Shown in pieces: positions 45,237 to 54,600 of a stretch of DNA of 64,000 nt. The stretch is from NCBI GenBank assembly GCA_965220035.1, contig CBDCPC010000002.1:1021821-1085820 (forward strand), read 5' to 3'. This DNA comes from Acidimicrobiales bacterium (GTDB taxonomy: Bacteria; Actinomycetota; Acidimicrobiia; Acidimicrobiales; CATQHL01). The notes under the pieces were generated by a model, which was not told the DNA's origin, made no database searches, and worked only from the letters and a program-made list of their open reading frames with translations. Within the stretch, counting starts at the first letter, position 1; the number at the start of each line of letters is the position of its first letter. The position numbers and the translations under genes were made by a program.

Positions 45237-46061
45237 TCACAGCGCATTGTCGTACAGCAGGATCGTCACGAAGCTCAGCGAATCCAGGGACGCCGCCGGC
45301 TGCACGAACAGGACCTGATTGAGCCCCGGATCCACCTCCACCTCGGCCACCAGACCGACCGGGACATCGGGGGGATAGACGCTGCGGTCGATCCCGCTGG
45401 TCGTCACGAGCATCCCGACGGCCACCGGCGTCGTGATGTCGATGCCCTCACTCACCACCAGCGGCTGACCGCGACCCGTCCCCCGGGCGATGGCCACGGC
45501 CTCGCCTCCCACGAGGCGGATGCCCAGCTCGAACTCCGGATCGCTGATCAACCGGATGCGCGAGCGCCCCGGGGCGACGTCGACAACCCGCCCCACGAGG
45601 CCGGCACTGGTGACGGCGGGCATGCCCATCTTCACGCCCGCCGAAGAGCCCTTGTCGACATCCACGGTGAATCCGGGGAAGTTGCCGAGTTGGCGAACGA
45701 CCCGCGCCGCGGTCGAGGGGATATCGGTCACGTACTGGATCCCTGTCTCGGCGAGGTACTCCTGGAGGACCACAGTGGCGTTGGCGTTCGCCAGGTCCCG
45801 ACCGCGTTCGATCTCCAACTCGGCGCGCAGCCGCTCGTTCTCGCGCTCGAGGTCGTCGTATCCCGTCACGGACTCCCACGCGTCGCTCAACGGGCCTCCC
45901 GCTCGCCGCGCCCCCGACACGACGGGGTCCAGAGCGGCCTCGACGGCGCTCTTCGCCCGCTCGAACGGGCCGACGTTGCGCACGTCGAGGGTGACGAGCG
46001 TGACCGTGACGAGGACAAGGATGACGAGCGTCAGGCGGGAGCGGCCTGTGCGGCTGGCCAC
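45237..46061 (-). CDS. mreC: Rod shape-determining protein MreC
   Basis: N-terminal TM, a coiled coil (..DLERENERLRAELE..), and β-domains. Confidence 0.85.
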   Translation of the reverse strand: MASRTGRSRLTLVILVLVTVTLVTLDVRNVGPFERAKSAVEAALDPVVSGARRAGGPLSDAWESVTGYDDLERENERLRAELEIERGRDLANANATVVLQEYLAETGIQYVTDIPSTAARVVRQLGNFPGFTVDVDKGSSAGVKMGMPAVTSAGLVGRVVDVAPGRSRIRLISDPEFELGIRLVGGEAVAIARGTGRGQPLVVSEGIDITTPVAVGMLVTTSGIDRSVYPPDVPVGLVAEVEVDPGLNQVLFVQPAASLDSLSFVTILLYDNAL

Positions 46062-46096
46062 GACTGCGGGGACCGCTCCCCTATGCGATCGGCCGG

Positions 46097-47140
46097 CTAC
46101 TCAGCGACCGGCGAATGCAGCACGCCTCTCAGTGCTTCGAACTCCTCGAGGGAATATCCCGACCCGTACGCCACGACGTACTGAGGGTTCTTCACGAGGT
46201 TGACCTTGATGGCGGTCTCCGCCGCCAAACGCTCTGCGAGGCCGAGGAGTCGGGAGCCGCCGCCGGCGAGGTGTATCCCGCTCTCCATGATGTCGGCCGT
46301 GAGTTCCGGCGGTGCGGCATCGAGAGTCGCCTGGACCCCTGCGATGATCTCGTTGAGCGGTTCCTCGATTGCCTCGCGCAGTTCGATCGTGTTGATGCTG
46401 ACACTCTTGGGCAGCCCGGTCACCAGATCCCGCCCCGGGACCTGGATGAACATCTCCTCGGTCAAGGGCCACGCCGAGGTGTACTTCACCTTGATCTGCT
46501 CGGTGGTCTGCTCCCCCACACCGAGGCTGTACTCCTTGCGGACGTAGTCGCTGATGGTCTGATCGAAGTCGTCACCCGCGACGCGCACGGAGCGGCTCAC
46601 GACGATCCCGCCGAGCGAGATGACGGCGATTTCCGTCGTCCCGCCGCCGACGTCGACGATCATGCTCCCGGAAGGCTCCTGCACGGCGATACCGGCACCG
46701 ATCGCCGCTGCCATGGGCTCCTCGATGATGAAGACCGGCCGGCGCGCCCCTGCGAACTCGGCGACCTCCTGGACCGCTCTCTGTTCGACGGGGGTGATCC
46801 CGGACGGCACGCAGATGACCATGCGGGGTTTGGCGAATCGGTTGCTGTGCACCTGCTGGATGAAGTAGCGGAGCATCTTCTCGCACACGCCGAAGTCGGC
46901 GATGACGCCTTCCTTCAGGGGGCGCACGGTGCGGATGTTGGCGGGCGTCCGGCCGATCATCTCCTTGGCGGCACGGCCCACGGCCAGGAGACGGTCCGTG
47001 CGCGCGTCCAGTGCCGCCACGCTGGGCTCCTCGAGTACGACACCCTCGCCTCGCACATAGACGACGGTGGTGGCGGTTCCCAGATCCACCGCGATGCCGC
47101 GGCCGACCGCGCTACTGATGTTGTTGCGGATTCGTGGCAT
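46097..47140 (-). CDS. mreB: Actin-like rod shape-determining protein MreB
   Basis: ..GIAVDLGTATTVVYV.. ..MIVDVGGGTTEIAVISLGG.. (actin/Hsp70 ATPase fold). Confidence 0.9.
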   Translation of the reverse strand: MPRIRNNISSAVGRGIAVDLGTATTVVYVRGEGVVLEEPSVAALDARTDRLLAVGRAAKEMIGRTPANIRTVRPLKEGVIADFGVCEKMLRYFIQQVHSNRFAKPRMVICVPSGITPVEQRAVQEVAEFAGARRPVFIIEEPMAAAIGAGIAVQEPSGSMIVDVGGGTTEIAVISLGGIVVSRSVRVAGDDFDQTISDYVRKEYSLGVGEQTTEQIKVKYTSAWPLTEEMFIQVPGRDLVTGLPKSVSINTIELREAIEEPLNEIIAGVQATLDAAPPELTADIMESGIHLAGGGSRLLGLAERLAAETAIKVNLVKNPQYVVAYGSGYSLEEFEALRGVLHSPVAE

Positions 47141-47254
47141 GTTTGTTCGTCAGAATCTGGTTGGAGCTTGGTGGAGCGGCCCCCGGATCCCCGGGAGGAT
47201 ATTGCATCGCCGGGCGGCAACCAAATGGTAGCGCCAAGGATCGTCCCCGTGGGG

Positions 47255-47328
47255 TGGGCCGTGAGGGACTTGAACCCCCGACCCCTTGCGCGTCATGCAA
47301 GTGCTCTTGCCATCTGAGCTAACGGCCC
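47255..47328 (-). tRNA. tRNA-Val (GAC)
   Basis: On the minus strand: GGGCCGTTAGCTCAGATGGCAAGAGCACTTGCATGACGCGCAAGGGGTCGGGGGTTCAAGTCCCTCACGGCCCA. It has a 7-bp acceptor and an anticodon loop AT-GAC-GC. Confidence 0.8.
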
Positions 47329-47383
47329 CTCCAGGAGGCTACCGCATCGCCGATTCCGGCACATGGCCGTGGCCGCAATGACG

Positions 47384-47458
47384 AGCATCGGGCGGGATTC
47401 GAACCCGCGATAAGACGGCTTTGCAGGCCGCTCCCTTCGTCCGCTCGGGCACCGATGC
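47384..47458 (-). tRNA. tRNA-Cys (GCA)
   Basis: On the minus strand: GCATCGGTGCCCGAGCGGACGAAGGGAGCGGCCTGCAAAGCCGTC..GCGGGTTCGAATCCCGCCCGATGCT. The anticodon loop is CT-GCA-AA. Confidence 0.7.
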
Positions 47459-47527
47459 AGATTGTGGCTTCGGAGGCACGAGGCTTCGGACGCGATTCCT
47501 CGCGAGTCCGGCCTCCGCGAGCCTGCG

Positions 47528-47600
47528 AGCGGGCGACCGGGCTCGAACCGGCGACCTTCACCTTGGCAAGGTGGCGCTCTACCAACTGAGCTACGCCCGC
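47528..47600 (-). tRNA. tRNA-Gly (GCC)
   Basis: On the minus strand: GCGGGCGTAGCTCAGTTGGTAGAGCGCCACCTTGCCAAGGTGAAGGTCGCCGGTTCGAGCCCGGTCGCCCGCT. The anticodon loop is TT-GCC-AA. Confidence 0.8.
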
Positions 47601-47634
47601 AAGTCCGGGACAGTGTAACCGGGCGCCATATCGA

Positions 47635-48846
47635 TCATCCGAGCGTTGCGGGCGATCGAGCCTTCTCCACGTCCTCGAGGAACTCCGCCAAGGCGGCCGA
47701 AACAGCCTCGGTCTCGACGAGGAAGCCGTCGTGGCCGTGCGGACTCTCCACCAGCACGTACCGGCAGTCGCCATCGGCCGCCACGACGAGATCCCGTAGT
47801 TCGGTCTGCTGGCGGGGCGGGTAGAGCGCGTCCGAACTGATCGAGACGGTCAGCACGGGGGCCGCGATGCGCGCCACCGCCCGCTGCAGGCCGCCTCGAC
47901 CTCGGCCCAGGTCATGGGTATCCATGGACTTGTTCAGGAGGAGGTACGAGTTGGCATCGAAGCGCCGCACCAGCTTCTCGCCGTGGTAGTCGAGGTAGCC
48001 CTCGACCCCGTAGCGATCCCACAGCCCGAACTGCTCGTTGGGGCTGACGAGCGACCGACCGAAGCGCTCGGCGAACAACCCGTCGCTGCGGTAGGTGATC
48101 TGCGCCACGGCCCTCGCGAGCGCCAGACCCTCGTGGGGTCCCTCTCCCGGGGGTGCCGCGTAGTACTCGCCGCCGCGCCAGCGGGGATCCAACGCGATGG
48201 CGGCGCGGCCGACGGCACTCCAGCCGATCTGCCACGGGCTCGCCGCGCACCCCACGGCGAGCGGGGCGATGGATCGCACCCGCGCCGGGTACATCGCGCC
48301 CCACTCGAGCGCCTGCATTCCCCCCATGGAACCGCCGGCCACGCAGAGCCACTGCTTCACGCCCAAGTGGTCCGCCAGGCGCGCCTGCACCCGCACCATG
48401 TCTCGGACGGTGACAGGGGGGAACGTCGCCGCCCAGCGGCGTCCGGTCGCCGGATTCAGCGAGGCCGGACCCGTCGTTCCCTGACACCCTCCCAGCACGT
48501 TGGCGCACACCACGAAGTAGCGGTGCACGTCGAGGGCCTCGCCGGGGCCGATGACGCCCTGCCACCAGCCGCGCTTGCTCTGGTGCGGGTCGTAGGCGTG
48601 CGCGTCGCCCGTCAGGGCATGGCAGATCAGGACCGCGTTGGAGGCGTCGTCGTCCAGGGTGCCCCACGTCTCGTAGGCCACCGTCACGCTGTCGAGCGAA
48701 TCGCCACTCTCCAGGACGAAGGGCCGAGCGGTCTGCAGCGTGAAGAACTGACGCTCCTCAGGCGGATCACCCTCTTCCCAGGCCCCGGAGGCCGGTAGTC
48801 CGGCCGCCAACCGCGCCGGACGGGGCGCGCCGCGATCCTCAGCCAT
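47635..48846 (-). CDS. metX: Homoserine O-acetyltransferase
   Basis: α/β-hydrolase with ..VAGGSMGGMQALEW.. The start was taken at ATG 48846 (MAEDRGAP..). Confidence 0.85.
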   Translation of the reverse strand: MAEDRGAPRPARLAAGLPASGAWEEGDPPEERQFFTLQTARPFVLESGDSLDSVTVAYETWGTLDDDASNAVLICHALTGDAHAYDPHQSKRGWWQGVIGPGEALDVHRYFVVCANVLGGCQGTTGPASLNPATGRRWAATFPPVTVRDMVRVQARLADHLGVKQWLCVAGGSMGGMQALEWGAMYPARVRSIAPLAVGCAASPWQIGWSAVGRAAIALDPRWRGGEYYAAPPGEGPHEGLALARAVAQITYRSDGLFAERFGRSLVSPNEQFGLWDRYGVEGYLDYHGEKLVRRFDANSYLLLNKSMDTHDLGRGRGGLQRAVARIAAPVLTVSISSDALYPPRQQTELRDLVVAADGDCRYVLVESPHGHDGFLVETEAVSAALAEFLEDVEKARSPATLG

Positions 48847-49387
48847 CGACCCACGGCTCCGGGTCCGCCTCGCGCAGCGCCACCACATCCACCCGGTCAG
48901 TGAACCCGGGAATCTCCAGAAGTCCCACCACGTCGGCCTTGGTGTTCACCATCAAGTCGGACAGGAGGTCCCCCGGGGCCAGCAACTGTCCTGCTCGAGC
49001 CAGATCACAGAGATGTGCGGCAAGGTTCACCGCGTTGCCGATGTAGTCGTCGCCCTCGAAGAGGATGACCGGCCCGGCGGCCATGCCCGCCCGCAGGGGG
49101 AGGACTCCCTGGGCGACCACGACCTTCTTGAGATGCACGACGGCTTCCACGAGCGGCTCGTCCTCGACGCCGACGAGCATGGCCCCGTCGCCGAGCCACT
49201 TGGCGATCCGGACCCCGTGGCTTGCCACCACGGCGCGGACACCGGCGCGGAACTCGGCGAGGAGCGCCACCGCCTTGCGGTCGCCGTGATCGTCGGTGTA
49301 GCGCGTGAAGTTGCAGAGGTCGACGAAGGCGAAGCCTCGCTCCACGCGTGCGGGGCTGATGTCGGCGACAAGCGTCGAATCGTCCAC
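48839..49387 (-). CDS. Class III adenylate/guanylate cyclase catalytic-domain protein
   Basis: ..GFAFVDLCNFTRYTDDHGD.. ..IAKWLGDGAMLVG.. ..GNAVNLAAHLCDLA.. The GTG start at 49387 is uncertain; the N-terminal part of the maximal ORF is low complexity. Confidence 0.6.
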   Translation of the reverse strand: MDDSTLVADISPARVERGFAFVDLCNFTRYTDDHGDRKAVALLAEFRAGVRAVVASHGVRIAKWLGDGAMLVGVEDEPLVEAVVHLKKVVVAQGVLPLRAGMAAGPVILFEGDDYIGNAVNLAAHLCDLARAGQLLAPGDLLSDLMVNTKADVVGLLEIPGFTDRVDVVALREADPEPWVDG

Positions 49388-49391
49388 GGGA

Positions 49392-50421
49392 TCAGGCCGA
49401 GTGGATTCCGGCGGTCGACTCGTCTGCGCTGCGTGGCGCCTGCTCGTCGCCGGTCGCGTCCGGTTGGGGGTCAACCGCCGACTGTTCCGCGTTCGCGATT
49501 CCGTCCGGGTCGGCGCCGTCCGCCGGCACGGTGGCCCGCTCGGGCTCGTCGGGCCCGGGCGAATCCAGAGCCTCCTCGGCGTTCGACGCAGGCGCATCGG
49601 CCGGGTCCGGCGCCGCGGCCAACGCCGCCTCCGCGCGGCGGCGGCGCGGCGTCACCAGCAGCAGGAACAGGCCCGACAGCACAAGGACACCACCCATGAC
49701 CCAGATGTTCACCCGGACACCGGCGAGCAGGCTCGCAGGGTCGACACGCAGGGCTTCGATCCACAGGCGACCGGCGGAGTAGAGGAAGAGGTAGAGAACC
49801 AGGAAGTGACCTCGTGGCAGCCTGCCGCGGCGCTCCGTCCGCCACACGAGTCCGAACACGAGCATGCTCCACACCATCTCGTAGGCGAACGTCGGATGGA
49901 ACGTCTCCGATTCCAGGTATTCCCGTGGGCGGTGTTCGGGGTCGATTTCGAGGCCCCAGGGCAGGTCGGTCGGCCGACCGAAGAGTTCCTGGTTGAACCA
50001 GTTGCCCAGGCGGCCGAGGAACTGCCCGGCAGGGAATCCCACGGCGACCGTGTCCAGCATGGAGCGCAGCGGCATCCTGCGCAGCCGGATCACGATGAGA
50101 CCGCCGACCACCCCCCCCAGGATCCCTCCCGGGATGCCGAGCCCGCCTTCCCAGATCTTGACGACGTCGACCCAACGACCCTGGTAGCTCTTCCAGTCGG
50201 TCAGCACGTGGTAGGCGCGGGCGCCGATGAGGGCCAGCGGGACGCCGACGGTGCACCCCTGAACCGCCCACTCCGGATTGAGCCCGCGACGCTGCAGCAG
50301 GCGCGCGGCCGCGTACGCGCCGGCAATCACGCCGAGCGCGACCATGAGACCGTAGAGGCGGAGATTCAGCGGCCCCAGGGAGAGCGTGCCCACGTCGGGG
50401 CTGGGAATGGAAGCAATCAAC
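49392..50421 (-). CDS. lgt: Prolipoprotein diacylglyceryl transferase
   Basis: ..IPSPDVGTLSLGPLNLRLYGLMVALGV.. The TTG start at 50421 is preceded by GGAGAG with 6-nt spacing. There is a long Pro/Asp/Ala-rich C-terminal tail. The maximal ORF 49392..51221 is rejected. Confidence 0.8.
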
Positions 50422-50537
50422 TGGGACTCTCCGATGCAGGACTCTCCGGCGGCGGGGGTCCCGCCAGGAATGCTCACCGCCTCGGATAAGTCTAGCGGCG
50501 CGCCGCTGCGCCACCGGGCACGGTTATCGTCTGAGCG

Positions 50538-51419
50538 GTGTCCTCGGGCGCGGCGGCCGATCGGCTCGCCGACCTCAAGGGTCCTCGGACCGTCGCCGTC
50601 TGCCTGCCCGCCCTGAACGAGGAATCGACCGTCGGGACGATCTGCGCCGAGGTACGCAGCACGCTGATGGCTCCCACCGTCGGGCTCGTGGACGACCTCC
50701 TGGTGCTCGATGACAGATCCACGGATCGAACCCGCGAGGTGGCCGAGGCTGCGGGTGCTCGGGTCGTGGGCACCGAGGAGGTACTGCCCGAGGCCGGAGC
50801 GGGCGTCGGCAAGGGGAACGCCCTGTGGAAGAGCCTGGCCGCCACCGACGCCGACCTGATCGTGTGGTGCGATGCCGACCTCACGAGCTTCGAGGCCAAC
50901 TACGTCACCGCTCTGCTGGAGCCGCTGCTGACCGACGAGCGGATCGTCCTCGTCAAGGGGTACTACGAGCGGCTCCTGCACGGGCAGCCCGGAGGAGGTC
51001 GCACGACCGAGTTGATGGCGCGGCCGCTGCTGGCACAGTTCTTCCCCGAGCTGGCGCACCTCCGCCAGCCACTCGGGGGCGAGTACGCGGTACGGCGCGA
51101 CGCCGCCGTGCAGGTCCCGTTCGTCCAGGGCTGGGGGGTCGAGATCGCACTGCTGATCGACCTGTCCCGGCGCTTCGGGGCGGGCTGCATCGCCGAGGCC
51201 GACCTGCGCGTTCGCCGGCACCGCAACCGGACTCCCGAGGAGCTGTCCCCGCAGGCGCTGGCGATCCTGCAGACAGTGCTGCAGCGAGCCGGCGTGGACG
51301 TCCCGTCGGCCGCCGCCGGATGGAGCGCCGAACTCCGGACTCCCGGCTCCGAACCGTGCACGGTGTCGCTCAGCGAGCGCCCCCCGCTCGGCGATGTCCG
51401 CGCACCGTCACCCTCCTAG
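50538..51419 (+). CDS. gpgS: GT-A fold glycosyltransferase, glucosyl-3-phosphoglycerate synthase (GpgS)-like
   Basis: ..TVAVCLPALNEESTVGTI.. ..LWKSLAATDADLIVWCDADL.. ..VLVKGYYER.. ..RTTELMARPLLA.. ..QPLGGEYA.. ..GWGVEIALLID.. ..RRHRNR.. It is collinear with GpgS motifs and lies in the dapD/dapE neighbourhood as in mycobacteria. Confidence 0.65.
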   Translation: MSSGAAADRLADLKGPRTVAVCLPALNEESTVGTICAEVRSTLMAPTVGLVDDLLVLDDRSTDRTREVAEAAGARVVGTEEVLPEAGAGVGKGNALWKSLAATDADLIVWCDADLTSFEANYVTALLEPLLTDERIVLVKGYYERLLHGQPGGGRTTELMARPLLAQFFPELAHLRQPLGGEYAVRRDAAVQVPFVQGWGVEIALLIDLSRRFGAGCIAEADLRVRRHRNRTPEELSPQALAILQTVLQRAGVDVPSAAAGWSAELRTPGSEPCTVSLSERPPLGDVRAPSPS

Positions 51420-51607
51420 TGTCCTGAGCGATTAGTTCGTTTGGTATTCGGAGGATTGCTGCAGCGAGCTGGCCTGCGCAAATGCGAATAGCGGGGCCAT
51501 CGAAACGCCAGCGAACTTCCGACTCGGGACACTAGGGGACGGCCGCGGCTCAGGCGAACTCGACGATCGAGCGGACGACCTCGCCGGCGAGCATCGCCTC
51601 GTAGGGA

Positions 51608-54600
51608 TCAGCTGCAGCCGCTGGTGACGCCGCACGTTGCGCACGCATAGCACGACCCGGCTCGCACCATGCGCGTCCCGCACGACATGCACAGCGGCGA
51701 GGCGGAGTCCGTCAGGCCGCCATGGAATCTGTCGCGAGCGGGCTCGCCTGCCGTCGGAGCATCGGATCGGCGCAACACCGAAGGCGGGTCCGGAGCGACG
51801 TCGATCCCCTGCGCTGCGCCGACGGCCGCCTCGGCGACGCCGGGAAGCGTGGGCTCGAGCCGCTCGGAGGTTGCGAAGATGCTCATCTCGGCCCGTTCCT
51901 CCGGCGACAGGTACGTCAGCGCCAGCCGCCGGAACAGGTAGTCCATGAGGCTGGTCGCGATCCGAATGTCGGGATCGTCGGTCACACCGGCCGGCTCGAA
52001 GCGCATCCCGCAATAGGCGTCCACGTAGGCGCGCAGCGGGACGCCGTACTGCAGCCCGTGCGACACCGCGACCGCGAAGGCGTCCATGATTCCGGCCAGG
52101 GTGGAACCCTGCTTGGAGACCCGCACGAAGATCTCCCCGGGCCGACCGTCGTCGTATTGGCCGACGGTCACGAATCCCTTGCAATCGGCCACCCGGAATT
52201 CCATGGTGCGCGAAGCGCGGTGGCGAGGCAGCCGGCGACGCACCGGCTCGGAAGCGGGTGGCGCGACGTCCGCTGCCGAGGAGCCGGCGGTCTCGGCGGC
52301 GCCACCCGCCGCCGCGAGCGGTTGCTGCCACTTCGAATTGTCGCGGTAGACGGCGAGGGCCTTGACGCCGCTTCGCCAGGCCGACACGAACAGATCGCGC
52401 ACCTCGGCGACGGTGGCGTCGGCACCCAGGTTGACCGTCTTCGAGATGCCCCCGCTCAGGAAGGGCTGCACCGCCGCCATCATCTGCACGTGGCCGTCGG
52501 GGCTCACGGTGTTGTCACCGATGGAGCAGGCAAACACCGGGTAGTGCTCGCGCGCCAGGCCGGGAGCACCCAGAATCGAGCCATGACGCTCCACGTGCGC
52601 CACGATCCCGGGGATCTCGGCGGCGCCGTAGCCCAACCGCTCCAGGGCCGCCGGCAGCGAGCGGTTCACGAGCACCATCGAGCCCCCTCCGACCAGGGAT
52701 TTCGACTTGCGCAGGGCCAGGTCGGGCTCAATGCCCGTGGTATCGCAATCCATCATGAAGCTGATGGTGTTGTGCGATACGAAACCGTTGGCCACGTAGG
52801 TGACGTTGTCGGGAACGGACAAGTCATAGGTCCACTGCTCCTCGCCCAAACCGGCGCAACTGACCCGGTCGTAGAAGTAACCGAGCAGCCGGGCCAGTTC
52901 ATCATCACCAGTGCCCTGCAGCAGCTCCAAGGCCGATCGGCGCGACACCATGCCGTTTCGGGCCAGGGATTGCAGCATGGTGCGCCGCAAGCGGCCGTTC
53001 TCCGGCGCGAGTCGGTCGACAACGGAGCGGGGCACCGGAATGTGGTCGCGGCGTGCTGCCTGGGCGGTGGCCACCGAGACCAGGGCAGCCTGCTTGCGGC
53101 TGCTCATGAAACCGATTTCCTCGGCAAACTCCGTCGAGTACGACAGATTGAGGAGGCGTAGTACGGCCAGCCGCGAGCCACCCCAGCCGGTCCGATCAAT
53201 TTTTCGAGTCGTGGGATAGCCGATCGCCAGTAACAACGACTGCACGTCGCGGCTGAACTCGATCGAGGTGATCGACCAATGCGGATAGCCACCTCCCACT
53301 GTTCCATCGGCCTCGAAGAGTCCTCTGACGAAGGCCCGGTAAGTCTCAGGGCAATTTGTGGCAAGAACCGCATCGGGGATGTGAGGCCGCCATCCCTTTC
53401 CAGCATGGCCGTCTACGGGAGGCGTCTTGGCGAAACCGCATGCTTCCCACCACACGGTCAGCGGAACCGAGTGAAATGCCAGTTCGAGATAGCCGGCTTT
53501 TTCGGTGACGTGGGTCTCGAGATTGAAGAGTGCCTTCCCGAGCAGTCGAAGCCGCTCCACCACGTCGATGTCCCCAGCCGTCACGCAAAGGCGTAGACCC
53601 TTGGCATGCAGGGAACCATCTCCCATGAAGTATCCGACGAACTCGGCCAACTCCGGGCTCATAGCTCTTGGAGCCGTGGTGGTCCAATCACCTGTCCAGT
53701 ACATCTCTCCCAAGGAGGGCAGGGTCACGCTGCGGGAACCTCCCACCAACTGGTTCAGCTGCAGGGGCACGAGATCACCGGCTTCGATGTCTCTGAAGCG
53801 TTTCCATACCCAGTCGCCGGTCAGCGGATCGACAACCTTGATGCGATGGGTGGGCGTTCCTTCGATGCGGTAGCCACGGTGCGTGTCCACGGTCACCACC
53901 CGCTCCGCGCCGTTGACATAGAACTGCGTCGCGGTACGGGGTCCCTCGTCTGTTCCAGCTGAGACGCCAAGAGCCTGCCACCGGGCGCCTTGGGGATCGC
54001 CGAGCGACCGAAGTCGGATCAGTCCTCGCTCGGTGGGGATGAGAGAGCCACCCACCAGACATCCAGTGGGCGCCAGCACCGTGGCCTGGGCGTTGCGCAC
54101 GCCGGAGGCCGACGCTTGCTCACACGCCTCGTCCCACGACTCCCGGGCGGCGGCAACGAGCGCCGCGGGCGCCTGGCCGGAGTCGATGCCGGTCACAGCT
54201 CGGCGGTGCATGTCCAGGACGCGGAGCACGTCGTCGCGGTTGGCCGCGTACTGCTCGAATGGCCCCATGCGCGCCGCGATGTGTGCGGACGTGCGGTAGG
54301 CCTCGCCGCACATAACCGCAGTCACGGCGGCCGCCGTCGCCCGCCCGGCATCGGAGTCGTACGGCAGACCCATGGTCATCAGCAGACCGCCGAGGTTGGC
54401 GTAGCCCAGGCCGAGCTGACGGAAGGCGACGGCGTTGCGGCCGATCGCAGGCGTTGGATAGTGGGACCGTCCCACCAGGATCTCCTGCGCGCAGAACACC
54501 ACGCGGACCGCCGCCCGGACGCCCGCCACGTCGAACTGCCCGTCGGCGCCGAGGAACGCCAGCAGGTTCAGGCTGGCCAGGTTGCAGGCCGAGTTGTCGA

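Noticed and set aside
50422-51221. Upstream extension of the lgt maximal ORF and the overlapping ORF 50825..51427
   Set aside because: These are antisense or alternate-frame to the GpgS-like glycosyltransferase. Lgt homology begins at the IPSP motif, and TTG 50421 has a good RBS.
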